DNA of 64,000 bases, taken from assembly GCA_021796385.1 (NCBI GenBank), contig JAJYXQ010000023.1:16807-80806 (forward strand), given 5' to 3'. Of the stretch, positions 8,630 to 18,300 are shown piece by piece. The stretch comes from Thermoplasmata archaeon. Its GTDB lineage: Archaea > Thermoplasmatota > Thermoplasmata > Lutacidiplasmatales > UBA184. Made by a program: the position numbers and the translations under genes. A model generated the notes under the pieces. That model searched no databases, was not told the DNA's origin, and saw nothing but the letters and a program-made list of their open reading frames with translations. Every line of letters begins with the position of its first letter. Within the stretch, counting starts at the first letter, position 1.

Positions 8630-9982
8630 ATGACACAAACAATTGAAGAGTGCGTGAGGAAAGGTGTGGAAGAGGGGCTACTCAAGTTGGAGGACGGGGT
8701 CCTCACCTATGTTCAAGCCGACAAGTCCTACACGCTTACCGATGAGGAGCAGGTACGGGCAGCCCTCTTCGTCTACCTCGTTACGGAGAAATCAGTTGTT
8801 CCTAGGTCAGTCTCAATCGAACTCGATAAAGTGGATTTGCGTATCGTGAATGACGAGGGTGGAATCCAATCAATCTACGAATGCAAGGCTGAGTGTGGAG
8901 ACGAAGCCTCGGTTCAAGCGGCCATACAACAAGCTCGTGGATATGCGGCCACTCTAGGGGTCCGAGCCTTCTTCGTTGCCTTCAGCCAGGAGAATCACCT
9001 CAAGATTCGAACGGCTAGCATGGAGTTCCCCTCTCCCGTGGTACGTCCGGCCATTCCCTCGTTTCCAACGAAGATTATCTCAACAATCAACCTCAAAGGA
9101 GGGGTAGGGAAGACTTCCATTACGTGTGCTCTTGCTGAGTTTCTGACGATTGAACGACGCAAGCGAGTCCTTGTCATCGACCTTGATCCGCAGACCAACG
9201 CAACCGTTGTCCTAATGGGAGAAGAGCAGTGGCACACGACACGCGAGACAAGAGAACTCACCCTTGCCCATTACTTCAAACGGGTTCTGGAAGAGAAGTC
9301 ACCGTCGCCTTTCGACTTTGCCACGGCCCTTGTGAAGGATACGTCAAACATTGGTGGAGGGGTCAGAGGGCTTGACTTGATCCCCTCAAGTCCTCTCTTC
9401 ATTGAGATTCAGGATGATATCCCACGCATCACCACGAAGCGGTTCGGGGCAGTCTCGCATACAATGGTATTGGACAAAGCACTGCGCCCGCTCTTGAAGA
9501 AGAACCAGTACGACTACGTCCTGATCGATTGCCCTCCAAGTCTAGGGGCACTGACTTTAAACGGACTCTTCATGAGTCAGTTCTTTCTCGTGCCATGCAT
9601 CCCCGATTGGATTTCCACCTATGGAATCCCTCAGATTCTAAAGCAAGCGTACCGGTTCTCTAATGAGCACGACCGGCCTTTGAACTGCCTTGGAGTGGTT
9701 TTCTCACGGTACAAGAAGGTGAGCCGGCTCCACGAGACAACAGTACAAAGGTATCGTGCCCTTACTGGCAAGGGCATAGATAGTGAGCCGGAAGGGCCGG
9801 TCTTTCCTAAGGTATTCGACACAGTTATCAAGGATACGGGCAAGGCTGAGTCTGCTGTAGAGCCTGATCAGCCTGTGAACACTCTCAAGCAAAAATACGG
9901 TTACGGGACACCCTCCCTCTATGATCAGTACAACAACCTCTCCCTCGAGATGATGCAAGCGATAGATGCGTTTGGGGGGTAA
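8630..9982 (+). CDS. ParA/MinD(Soj)-family ATPase with about 150-aa N-terminal extension (possible PD-(D/E)xK-like fold)
   Basis: Deviant Walker A NLKGGVGKTSIT, A-prime VLVIDLDPQTNAT, Walker B YDYVLIDCPPSLG. The N-terminal 150 aa has a D...IYECK arrangement reminiscent of PD-(D/E)xK. Its own roughly 180-bp upstream region contains the palindrome ATTCCTTGGGAAT. Confidence 0.8.
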   Translation: MTQTIEECVRKGVEEGLLKLEDGVLTYVQADKSYTLTDEEQVRAALFVYLVTEKSVVPRSVSIELDKVDLRIVNDEGGIQSIYECKAECGDEASVQAAIQQARGYAATLGVRAFFVAFSQENHLKIRTASMEFPSPVVRPAIPSFPTKIISTINLKGGVGKTSITCALAEFLTIERRKRVLVIDLDPQTNATVVLMGEEQWHTTRETRELTLAHYFKRVLEEKSPSPFDFATALVKDTSNIGGGVRGLDLIPSSPLFIEIQDDIPRITTKRFGAVSHTMVLDKALRPLLKKNQYDYVLIDCPPSLGALTLNGLFMSQFFLVPCIPDWISTYGIPQILKQAYRFSNEHDRPLNCLGVVFSRYKKVSRLHETTVQRYRALTGKGIDSEPEGPVFPKVFDTVIKDTGKAESAVEPDQPVNTLKQKYGYGTPSLYDQYNNLSLEMMQAIDAFGG

Positions 9983-9991
9983 GCAGGAAAC

Positions 9992-10408
9992 ATGCCGCAC
10001 CAAGAGCATGGGTCACGCAAGTCTCCCCTGGCAAACCCAAGAGTCTCAAGCCGCGACCCCCAAGTGGTTGCGGCAGAGCTTCGAAAGCTGGCAACAAGGA
10101 TTGAGTCTGGTGACTTACGAGCACTCTCACGGGCGGTCCGCATTCTCAGGTCAAGCACCGTTCGACCGCAGCCCCGAAAGTTTCTCGGACCTGATTTGTT
10201 CAAGATCATCACTGAGGGAGGACACTTGGCTCTGGAACGGGAGATTGCGCCACTTTCATTAGAAGATCTTCGTGCTGTGGTTTCTTCCTACGGGTTGGAC
10301 TCACATGGGCGCGTTAGAAAGTGGAAGGACGTATCGAAGGTCAGGGAATTCGTGATTGCCAGACTGCTATCACACGCAGGTTCGGGTCAACGATTTCTAG
10401 AAGGATGA
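9992..10408 (+). CDS. small protein with SAP/HeH-like DNA-binding motif; possible centromere-binding (ParB/SegB-like) partner of the ParA-like gene
   Basis: 138-aa ORF 10 bp after parA-like, same strand and same low-GC composition. C-terminal LSLEDLRAVVSSYGLDSHGRVRKWKDVSKVREFVIARL fits the SAP motif pattern L..L.V.eLR..L...GL...G.K..Li.RL. Confidence 0.45.
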   Translation: MPHQEHGSRKSPLANPRVSSRDPQVVAAELRKLATRIESGDLRALSRAVRILRSSTVRPQPRKFLGPDLFKIITEGGHLALEREIAPLSLEDLRAVVSSYGLDSHGRVRKWKDVSKVREFVIARLLSHAGSGQRFLEG

Positions 10409-10728
10409 GTGTCCCTCTCCCTCAATCGCACGAGCCGTGGTAGCGGCAGGATTCTGGGACTCGGCAAGGAATTCTCCTCGACAAAGTTGGAATTGTGGAC
10501 TCCCGGGCCTGGATTCCGTGAGACTTACACCACAGGCGCCCGCTGAGATCCCTGAGTTCGACGTGAGAGGCTGATTTCACCCCGAAGGTGGCGTAGGCCT
10601 AACGAAGGGCTCCACGGTGTGGATGGAGGGAATGTTACACCGGAGTCGGCATCTCATCCAGCAACTTCAACCGGGAGACCAACTCTGCCTCCCCCAACCA
10701 TCTCCTCGAGCACCCATGCGGGCTAGGC

Positions 10729-10805
10729 CTATAGCGCGATTAGGTGTGCTTTCTTATCAGGTCTCACGCCGACAGGACACCCCAAACTCCCAACGGTGGA
10801 TCAAC
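10729..10805. repeat. about 75-bp repeat element, copy 1 (core GCGCGATTAGGTGTGCTTTCTTATCAGGTCTCACGCC)
   Basis: About 85% identical over roughly 75 bp to 14669-14745, including the exact run ATCAGGTCTCACGCCG. Non-coding context. Confidence 0.6.
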
Positions 10806-11112
10806 GCATTTCATGGCTTCATGATTTGCCCATGTTGCTTGACATTGGGTTCCCGCGTTCATGGGACTCCCCCAGCAGCGAATGTCGCAATGCCATGCCA
10901 AGGGCACGATTTACCATCATGGAATCGGACCACCAGCGATTCCGACACGGAAAACGATTCAACTCTTCAACCGCGGGGGGACCCGGGAGCAATGATAGTC
11001 GTTAGACGATTCAGCAGTTAATCGCGCATAAGGCCAGAACCATTCTGACAGCCGGGGAGTTCACGTCCTGGTCTCCCCGCCGTTGGTTCGGGGAGAACGG
11101 AGTGAAGATGGT

Positions 11113-11334
11113 TTAGGCACTGAGTTCAGGGCTAACCAACGTGAAGTGGAACTTCTCGAGAGGGTGTGCCTCGATTCTTTTCGAAGCGTCCAATATTTCG
11201 ATGGACACAATCTTCCTTCCCCTCCCGTAATCAATGACCAGTCCGTCCTCGGTCTCAACACTCTCCACGATCTTTCGGTTCTTGAGGAACTGGATGTTCA
11301 TCAGGTCGTGCTTTGCGTCGTACTCAATCTCCAT
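11113..11334 (-). CDS. DUF2283-family protein (antitoxin-like partner of DUF4258)
   Basis: 73 aa, MEIEYDAKHDLMNIQF...IVSIEILDASKRI, characteristic DUF2283 pattern. Lies 4 bp downstream of the DUF4258 gene. Confidence 0.7.
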   Translation of the reverse strand: MEIEYDAKHDLMNIQFLKNRKIVESVETEDGLVIDYGRGRKIVSIEILDASKRIEAHPLEKFHFTLVSPELSA

Positions 11335-11338
11335 GGTC

Positions 11339-11602
11339 TTACTTCCGATACCTCGTTACCTGTGATGTCAGATAGGCCGTCACGACTACATAATCCTTGT
11401 TCACACGTTCGTAGACGACACGTAGCATCATCCTCTTGCGGTTGACCACGTAGACTCTCTGCGCAACAAGCCGCCCTCCATAGCCGGGGACGGTCTCGTC
11501 CGGGGAACTGAGGGTCTCCTCCACCCACCTTCCCGGTATTCCTCGAAGACCCATCTTTCGGATGGCGAGCGGGATAATAATGATGGCTGGCATTACTTCC
11601 AC
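11339..11602 (-). CDS. DUF4258-family protein (RelE/ParE-fold toxin-like)
   Basis: 87 aa. C-terminal VYVVNRKRMMLRVVYERVNKDYVVVTAYL is typical of DUF4258. Paired with DUF2283. Confidence 0.7.
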   Translation of the reverse strand: MEVMPAIIIIPLAIRKMGLRGIPGRWVEETLSSPDETVPGYGGRLVAQRVYVVNRKRMMLRVVYERVNKDYVVVTAYLTSQVTRYRK

Positions 11603-11643
11603 CCTAACGACTCCCGCACATTAACCCTACATGAACCCTCGGT

Positions 11644-11826
11644 TCAGGCCCCCTTCCTCTGCTTCTTCGCCTTCAGCCCCAGGCGAAGAAGATAGTGGAC
11701 ATGGTCGCTTAGCGGCCGGATCTCCCTCTCGGCCTGGTCGCGGATCTCCCGCTCCAGCTCCTCGGGCAGGTAGACGGTCACCTTGACCTTTCCTTGGCTC
11801 GGCCGCCCTGGATGGCCCCCGGTCAT
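11644..11826 (-). CDS. ribbon-helix-helix (CopG/Arc-like) small DNA-binding protein, copy 1
   Basis: 60 aa: KVKVTVYLPEELEREIRDQAEREIRPLSDHVHYLLRLGL. TATA-like GGGGTATATAAGC about 25 nt upstream of the ATG on the coding strand. About 85% aa identity to 22843-23040. Confidence 0.7.
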   Translation of the reverse strand: MTGGHPGRPSQGKVKVTVYLPEELEREIRDQAEREIRPLSDHVHYLLRLGLKAKKQRKGA

Positions 11827-12023
11827 GGGGGGATCATGGGGTCTGGGGTATATAAGCTGTTGTAATAGATTACTAATGACGTATTACCGTTGTTATATGT
11901 CACGCACGGTTGGGAAGGACACCGTAGGTGTCCTAAGCGCGGCAGCAAGGGCCCCTCTCGAGTTATACGTCATGGGGAACCCTTCCCCCAGACTTGGTCT
12001 TGGTCGCTCATGCTTGTGGGCCC

Positions 12024-12206
12024 TCAACTCACACGGGCAGCCTGATCGCAGATCGGGAAGTAGGAGCATCTGCGACATTTCGGAACGGATGGGAGAGCGT
12101 CACCACTGTAAGGCTTCTGGAACTTGGCCACCCAGTCGGACAATTCCTGCCGAGCACGGCCGTCCCACGCAATCTTCCGAGGGATCAGGTCGCTGTAGAT
12201 CATCAA
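12024..12206 (-). pseudogene. C-terminal fragment of a Cas4/RecB-like PD-(D/E)xK nuclease (DUF83-type Cys cluster)
   Basis: Ends ...SVPKCRRCSYFPICDQ = C-x2-C-x-YF-x-I-C, the characteristic Cas4 C-terminal Fe-S cysteine motif. The upstream in-frame region is low-complexity, with no full-length N-terminal RecB motifs and no start codon. Confidence 0.45.
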
Positions 12207-12614
12207 CCCGTAGGGTGGAGCCGCTCCGTAGCGGTCCTCAACGATGACAGTAAGCGTAGAGCTGGAGGACGTGGGAGAAGTAAGGTGGACGCCCGGGCGC
12301 GGGCCCCCGGGACGACTTCACCTCGACGGGGACGACCCTTCCATCTGGGGCTCTCCGCAGCTCGTCGGGACGGCCCACGAGGCCGTGGACCTAGCTGGAC
12401 ATGGTGACCACCCTGCCGACCGTGGCCGAAGTCACGGACCCATCCACAGCTACCACCGGCCCGGGGAGAGCCTTCGGCGACAATGCCCGGTGGATGGCCC
12501 ATATGATGATGAGGACCAGGGTGAGGATGATCAGGGCTGGAAAAAGTGGAGCCACCATTGCACTGACCACGGGCAGCGCCCACCCCCCTCACTCCGGGCC
12601 AGCCGGGGGAAGCG

Positions 12615-13034
12615 CTAAGGCTGGCTCGGCAAGTGGCGTCGGGCCCAAGTAAGTATCCTCTCCGCCTGCGTTACCAGCCGTGCGGCTTCACTATGTTCGA
12701 CCTCCCGGTCCTCGTACTCGATGAGGTTCTTGAGGTGCAAGACGCTCCGGATTTGGCGGACCTTCTCCTCGCCTCCTTCTAGTCGGAGTCCCCTAACCAA
12801 CTCGGCCACCTCCTCATGCCCTTCGGCCGCGGACCGGATACCCTGATGGAAGGAAGTGAGGGAGTCGCACGTTGAGATCACAGCGTGGATGGCCGCCAGC
12901 CCGGCCCCGTTGGCATTGCCAGAGCCAAGGGCAAGAGAGGCAAGCCTGGCAAAGTCTGTGGCCTTGCGCAAGTACGTGCGATAGGCTCCTTGGGAGGCAT
13001 CCCTAGTTCGACCACTAGGTCTGGGCGGCGTCAT
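12615..13034 (-). CDS. HEPN-domain protein (partner of MNT nucleotidyltransferase)
   Basis: Start MTPPRPSG overlaps the MNT stop (ATGA). Rx5H-type motif IRSAAEGHEE in an all-alpha context. The longer 263-aa track ORF start is likely spurious. Confidence 0.65.
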   Translation of the reverse strand: MTPPRPSGRTRDASQGAYRTYLRKATDFARLASLALGSGNANGAGLAAIHAVISTCDSLTSFHQGIRSAAEGHEEVAELVRGLRLEGGEEKVRQIRSVLHLKNLIEYEDREVEHSEAARLVTQAERILTWARRHLPSQP

Positions 13035-13615
13035 TTGACAATCCACCCCTCGGTCTGGATGTTCCTCAGGAGAGACTGATTGCGGGGGGTGCGGACCTCG
13101 TCCTTGGTATAGGTCAATGTCGAGAGGGGATTCCCGTAGCGTTGGAAGACCTTGGATTCCAGCTTCTCCAGATCGGGTTGAATTCTTTCCTTGTCCCGAT
13201 CCCGGTCCACTTCGATGAGCAGGTCGATGTCGCTCCGGCTGCTCTCCTGACCCTTCGTGACGGAACCATACACCACTGCGCGGAGAATCTTGGGCGATAA
13301 CAGGCCGGCTCGTAACGTCTCCAGCAGATCCTCCCTCAAGGAGTCCTCCTTTCGGAATACTTCCCGGACGACAGGGACAAGGACGTGCTCTGCCTCCAGC
13401 CTCCACAGGACAGCCCGACCCGCCCGATGCATGTGTGCGATCCCCGCGCGCTCAAGGTCCTTGAGGGCCCCGATCGCCTGGGGTGCGGAGGACCCCGATA
13501 GCCGGGCCACCTCCCGGCCTGTGGATTCGCGCGTGGGAAATCGGCAAAGGACCCGGAGCACCTTCACTCGGGAGGATGAGGCGAAGAGTTCGTCCATCGG
13601 GTGCTGGAATCGCAT
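13031..13615 (-). CDS. minimal nucleotidyltransferase (MNT) with N-terminal winged-helix domain
   Basis: YGSVTKGQESSRSDIDLLIEV = GSx9-10 DxD nucleotidyltransferase motif. N-terminal HTH (RVLCRFPTRESTGREVARL). Confidence 0.8.
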   Translation of the reverse strand: MRFQHPMDELFASSSRVKVLRVLCRFPTRESTGREVARLSGSSAPQAIGALKDLERAGIAHMHRAGRAVLWRLEAEHVLVPVVREVFRKEDSLREDLLETLRAGLLSPKILRAVVYGSVTKGQESSRSDIDLLIEVDRDRDKERIQPDLEKLESKVFQRYGNPLSTLTYTKDEVRTPRNQSLLRNIQTEGWIVK

Positions 13616-13631
13616 AATGTTATGATACCCT

Positions 13632-13647
13632 GACAGATGTCAGGAAT
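13632..13647. promoter_or_regulatory. perfect palindrome CCTGACAGATGTCAGG (putative operator) between a TATA-like box and the MNT start
   Basis: 7-bp arms with a 2-bp spacer, 17 bp upstream of the MNT ATG. On the coding strand a GCTTATATG TATA-like element lies just upstream of it. Confidence 0.4.
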
Positions 13648-13983
13648 AGCTAACATATAAGCTTGCCCCCGCTCCCCGGCGATATGCCTGCGTCACAGGA
13701 CCCCGGGTTCGACATCCTGCCCCGATGACCCGCCTCCTTATCGAGGAACTGGGAAAGTGCCGGAAGGAGTGTATCGAGCGAAGTTGACCAGGTCTCCGCC
13801 TCGACAATCATGAGGTCACCTTGGTTCACTCGTGGCCGAAGTCCATACACAAGCCGCGATCCGACTTTGAGAAAGCAGGTTGATCAGCCGTGCCAAGACC
13901 CTGGCCACCTCCGGTAAATCCCGGAGGTTGCGGGTGGAAGGACTCGCGTAGTTGAAAAGCGACCCCACTCTTAACCATCGATA

Positions 13984-14607
13984 GTGATGCTGACAGTCAA
14001 GGGCCGTAGGGGCAGGTGGGGCATGTCCCGCAGTTCAAAGATACTCATTATCATCGCCACCGCAGTCCTGATTCTGGCCGCGGTCGCCTTGGTGTCCTTC
14101 TTTTATTCCGGGTGCAATGTATCGCCTGACTCGTGTTATGACCAACCGACTTCGATTCAGGTCACCTTCGGCAAGGTGGCGGATTCTCGCTCCCACGACG
14201 GACGGACGTACTACAGCAACCTATCCATATCGGTGGACACCTCGCTGGGCACGGATATGTTCGGTGTCGAGGTGCTCAACGTGACCACCTCAACACCCCA
14301 GTTGCTCCCCCTCGGGGTGCCTCCCTGCATCTCTTCTCAAGGTTCGGGAATATCGGGATGTAACGCCAGTTCGAAAGGCTGGTATGCGGTACTGGTGGAT
14401 GCTTCCGGTGCATGGCAAGACAGTTTCCCTTTCCCCATGAACAACTCGACTACATGGAGCACAGGGAACGTTTCCGTGCAAACCGGGGATGTCTTGGTCG
14501 TGATTAGCCCGTGGCCCTTGGCAGGCACCGGGGACTATCTCCTTCTTTACCCCACCAGTTCCGCCCAAGACAACAACATCGATGTCAACGGGCAGGCGAC
14601 TCTCTGA
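13984..14607 (+). CDS. hypothetical signal-anchored/secreted protein, sequon-rich
   Basis: An N-terminal basic stretch then a hydrophobic helix (ILIIIATAVLILAAVALVSFF). Many NxS/T sequons. Confidence 0.5.
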   Translation: MMLTVKGRRGRWGMSRSSKILIIIATAVLILAAVALVSFFYSGCNVSPDSCYDQPTSIQVTFGKVADSRSHDGRTYYSNLSISVDTSLGTDMFGVEVLNVTTSTPQLLPLGVPPCISSQGSGISGCNASSKGWYAVLVDASGAWQDSFPFPMNNSTTWSTGNVSVQTGDVLVVISPWPLAGTGDYLLLYPTSSAQDNNIDVNGQATL

Positions 14608-14668
14608 CGGACTAACGAAACGCACTTCAGGAATCGGCGCCTATGAACTCGGGTGAGATGTTTCCCCA

Positions 14669-14745
14669 GTAGGCCCTATGCGCGATTGAGTGTGGGTTTC
14701 TATCAGGTCTCACGCCGGTGCACCCCCCGAAACCACTGTGCAGTA
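14669..14745. repeat. about 75-bp repeat element, copy 2
   Basis: See 10729-10805. Located 60 bp downstream of the 13984-14607 gene. Confidence 0.6.
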
Positions 14746-14920
14746 CTTGGACGGCGTTGACCGATTCTCTCCGTGAGCTGGTGTAGTTGTACGCGCGGGA
14801 GGGAGCGGCTTCGCCCCTCACCCCAACTCGAGAATGAATCGCCCCAGGTTCGGCTTTGAGAACATCAATGCTCCCGCCAGCCCATTGGCCCCAGCAAGAT
14901 TTCGCGAACTGAAGACGCCC

Positions 14921-14938
14921 AACGCGGGTTATACATCA
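14921..14938 (+). promoter_or_regulatory. shared 18-mer CAACGCGGGTTATACATC (TATA-like) upstream of a surface-protein paralog, copy 1
   Basis: Exact 18-nt match to 18751-18768. Both copies lie upstream of YVTN surface protein genes. Contains TTATACA. Confidence 0.35.
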
Positions 14939-15331
14939 ATGATTCTTGGTGGGTGCGTGCGAACCACGGACAGCGAGCGGGACAAGGCGTTCTTCGATGG
15001 GAGTTGTTGCCGCGGACTCCACCTCGACAAACGTAAGAGTTCGCCGATGGGTTACTCCCAGCCGGATTCCATACAAAAACCGTGTTGGGCTCGCGGTACA
15101 TCCGAGTGGTCTACGGGTCGCTCTCCCACCTCGGAGAACGGTTCGCCAAGGTCACCCTCAGGGGCTTGACGGAGGCAAAACCCATCCTGACCCGTGAGGA
15201 TGGATTCACGACAGCGCGCAAGGCTTGCGGTCCAAAATAGAGCATTATACTGGTAACTTCTCCGCTTGTGCTCAATAGCGGTGTTCCACCAGGAACTCGG
15301 GCTTAAGTAGCTTGGCGGGCATAGATATCAC

Positions 15332-18300
15332 GTGCGACGTGGGTTGATTCGGCGGTTTCGCCGAGAGAAGATGTTAAATGGAGTCATAGCCATCTTTATC
15401 TTTTCTCTATTCGTTATTTCTCCCGCGGACGCTGGGACGTATTCTTCGTTCCCATTGGCGACGCAGTTAGGGCATGCCGACAGTGGGAAGCTTTCCTCCC
15501 TGAAACCCCCGCTCCCCACAGTTCCGGTTCAAACCAGATATCCTGATAGTGAGAAGAAGGGAAACCACACATCTTTGTCTCGGAGTGCTCCGGGAGCTGC
15601 GGAGGTGAAAGATACCCTTGATCTCTGGAACAACACGCTGGTTCAGGGAAATTATGTGCCCAAGAGTGGCTTGCAGCTATCTTCGGTGGTTGACGATGGC
15701 CCGGTACATGCGATATTCATAGCCGACTCCGCTTCTGACAATGTGGTGGAAATAAACACCACCACCCATCTTGCGGAAAAGTACATTGAGGTTGGTGGAG
15801 ATCCCACGGCTCTTGCACTCGACAGCTCCAACGGTGAGATCTTTGTAGCCAATGGTTGGACGAATAATCTTACCGTGATCAATGCTTCGTTGGGCGAGGT
15901 GGTCGGCTCAATTCCCGTCGGAATCGCACCAGTGAGCTTGGCGTTCGACCCATTGAGCGGACTCGTGTACGTCGCTAACCTGGGATGCCTCGCTACACCA
16001 ATCTATCCTTGCGCTGGAGTAGGGAACGCAACCAACATTAGCGTAGTCAACCCCACGGTCGATTCCGTCATTGATTGGATTCCCGTGCCATGTTTCTATC
16101 CGTCTCTCAACTTTGATTCTGCCAATGAACTGTTGTATGTGACGAGCGAAAATGGAAATCGTACGCAGATTATCGATACAATCACAGAAAGTGAGTTAGG
16201 ATGGATAAACACGACCAAATCATCCGGGGCAGCCGCCCTGGATTCCCAAATCGGCACATTATTTGTAGCATCAGTCTCCAGTGCGTTACAGGTAATCAAT
16301 CTTTCAAAAGGGATTGTTGTGATGAATTTCACTTCAGGTCTCAACGGTCCTATGGCCATCACTCTTGACGAAGCTACTCAGACACTCTTTGTTTTGAACA
16401 GCAATGGAACAATAGTGAGCCTGAGCACGAACGGTAGCGAGGAGGGTATGGTCCACTTGGGCGGGATCGAAAGTCTGTCCTTCGACCCGATCCAAGGGGT
16501 AATTGACGCTCTCACTTTCACTAACGTTGACTATCTTGCCCCCACAGTGCTGACGCTCATTGGCTCCACGACAGTCGGTACGGGAGCATCGATTCTCACT
16601 GGGAGCGGACCTGGTCCACCCATCACTACGCCAGACTCGGTTCTCTTAGATGCACAAGGTGGGTTGATTCTTGTCGCCAATTACTATGCAGGGAACATCT
16701 CGCTCATCTCCGAGAAGACCCATAGGGAGATCGCTGACGTCCCGCCTTCAACGTCTCGACAAAATCCAATTGCCTTGACTTTAGACCCTCTTAATGGATT
16801 GGTCTATGCCCTCTACTATGATGGTTGTTGCGTTGCGGGGACTCTGGCAGCCATAAATCCCAATAACGGAACAGTGGTGACATCCATTGCAGTTGGCCTC
16901 CAACCAACTGACGTAGTTTATGACCCGATAAACAATGTTCTATACGTGGTGAATTCAGGGAACAGGGACCTATCGATTATTGACCCCCAATCCAATATGG
17001 TCCTCAGGAGCATCGCAACTTGGGAGATTCCAGAGCAAGATGCGGTAGATCCGACCAATGGGTATCTCTACGTCAGCGAATGGGGTTGTGAGAATAGTCT
17101 TTACTGCCCTGGCATGTTGCAAGTTCTCGACCCCTCCACCGAGCAGTTCGTTGAACGGATCCCAATCGGTGAGCGGCCAGAAGGGATAGCGTTTGACCCT
17201 TGGGATTCCGAAGTCTTTGTTGCCGAATCGTACTCGAACGACCTGATGATCATTTCTTCGACTAATGGAACTCTCATCGGATCCATCCCAGTGGGGTCAT
17301 CCCCGTACGGGATCTGTTTCGACCCGCTCAACGGATTCCTGTATGTTACCGATTCGGACATGTACACATACCCAATCGTCGGCATAAGCCCTGTTGCGGA
17401 CCAAGGGCCCGACAACCTGACCGAGGTCAACGGGATGTCTAACACCGTGACAGGCGAGATCTCCGTGGGAGCTAGCCCACTGGCCGTGACGTGGGGAAGT
17501 TCCAATGATACTCTTCTCGTGGCCAACTCGGTTTCAGGTACGCTTTCGTTCGTGAATCCAGGGATAATCCCATCCCCCCTATTGAACATCACGCTGTCTC
17601 CGAGGAGCGCAGTGATTGGTTTGGGCGGAAATGTTTCCTTAAACGCATCGGTAGTGTGCCAACCCCTAGCTTGTCCCGAGGGGGTAAACTACACTTGGAA
17701 TATGACCACTTATCTTGTGGGGACACTCATCCAAAATCATGGAAGCACGGCCTCGTTCCACGCCAACGACTCGACGGGACGAGTGAATGTGACGGTAAAT
17801 GTCAGCATAGGAAAGTATTCGTTGGGAAGTCAACCGGCCACCATATCCATCACTAGCTTGACTTCGGTGGGAATCACTCCCGATCTTTCCCGCGTTGCCC
17901 CTGGGCAAAGCGTAACGTTAGTGCCTCATCTCCTTTGTGAGCCGGTGACATGTCCGTCCGCGGCGGTGAATCTGACCTGGATTGAGCGAGGGGTGAATGG
18001 TTCAATTCGAAACCTTCCCAATGGATCCGTACTCCTCGTCGCAGGGGCAGTGCCTGGAGCGATCAACATCACATTGGTCGTACTGATGGGAACCTTTACA
18101 ATGTCAGCGCGGGGGCAAGTGGTGATTGTAACCTTGCTTCGGGCTTTCATAAGCCCCAACCTGGTGACGCTAACCCCGCATCAATCCTTTACCTTACGAC
18201 TTCAACTCGAGTGCAGTAGCGACCCATGTCTTGGGGGCGAAACATACTCCTGGTCTTTAAGCGATCCCAGCCTCGGTACGCTAAGCGCTCTTCACAATGC

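Noticed and set aside
10617-11021. 134-aa and 69-aa ORFs in the non-coding stretch after the island
   Set aside because: No motifs and atypical composition. The region contains the roughly 75-bp repeat and is more plausibly intergenic.
12615-13406. 263-aa extended version of the HEPN ORF overlapping the MNT gene
   Set aside because: The N-terminal 125 aa overlap the MNT gene out of frame and are low-complexity. The internal Met at 13034 gives the canonical MNT-HEPN ATGA coupling.
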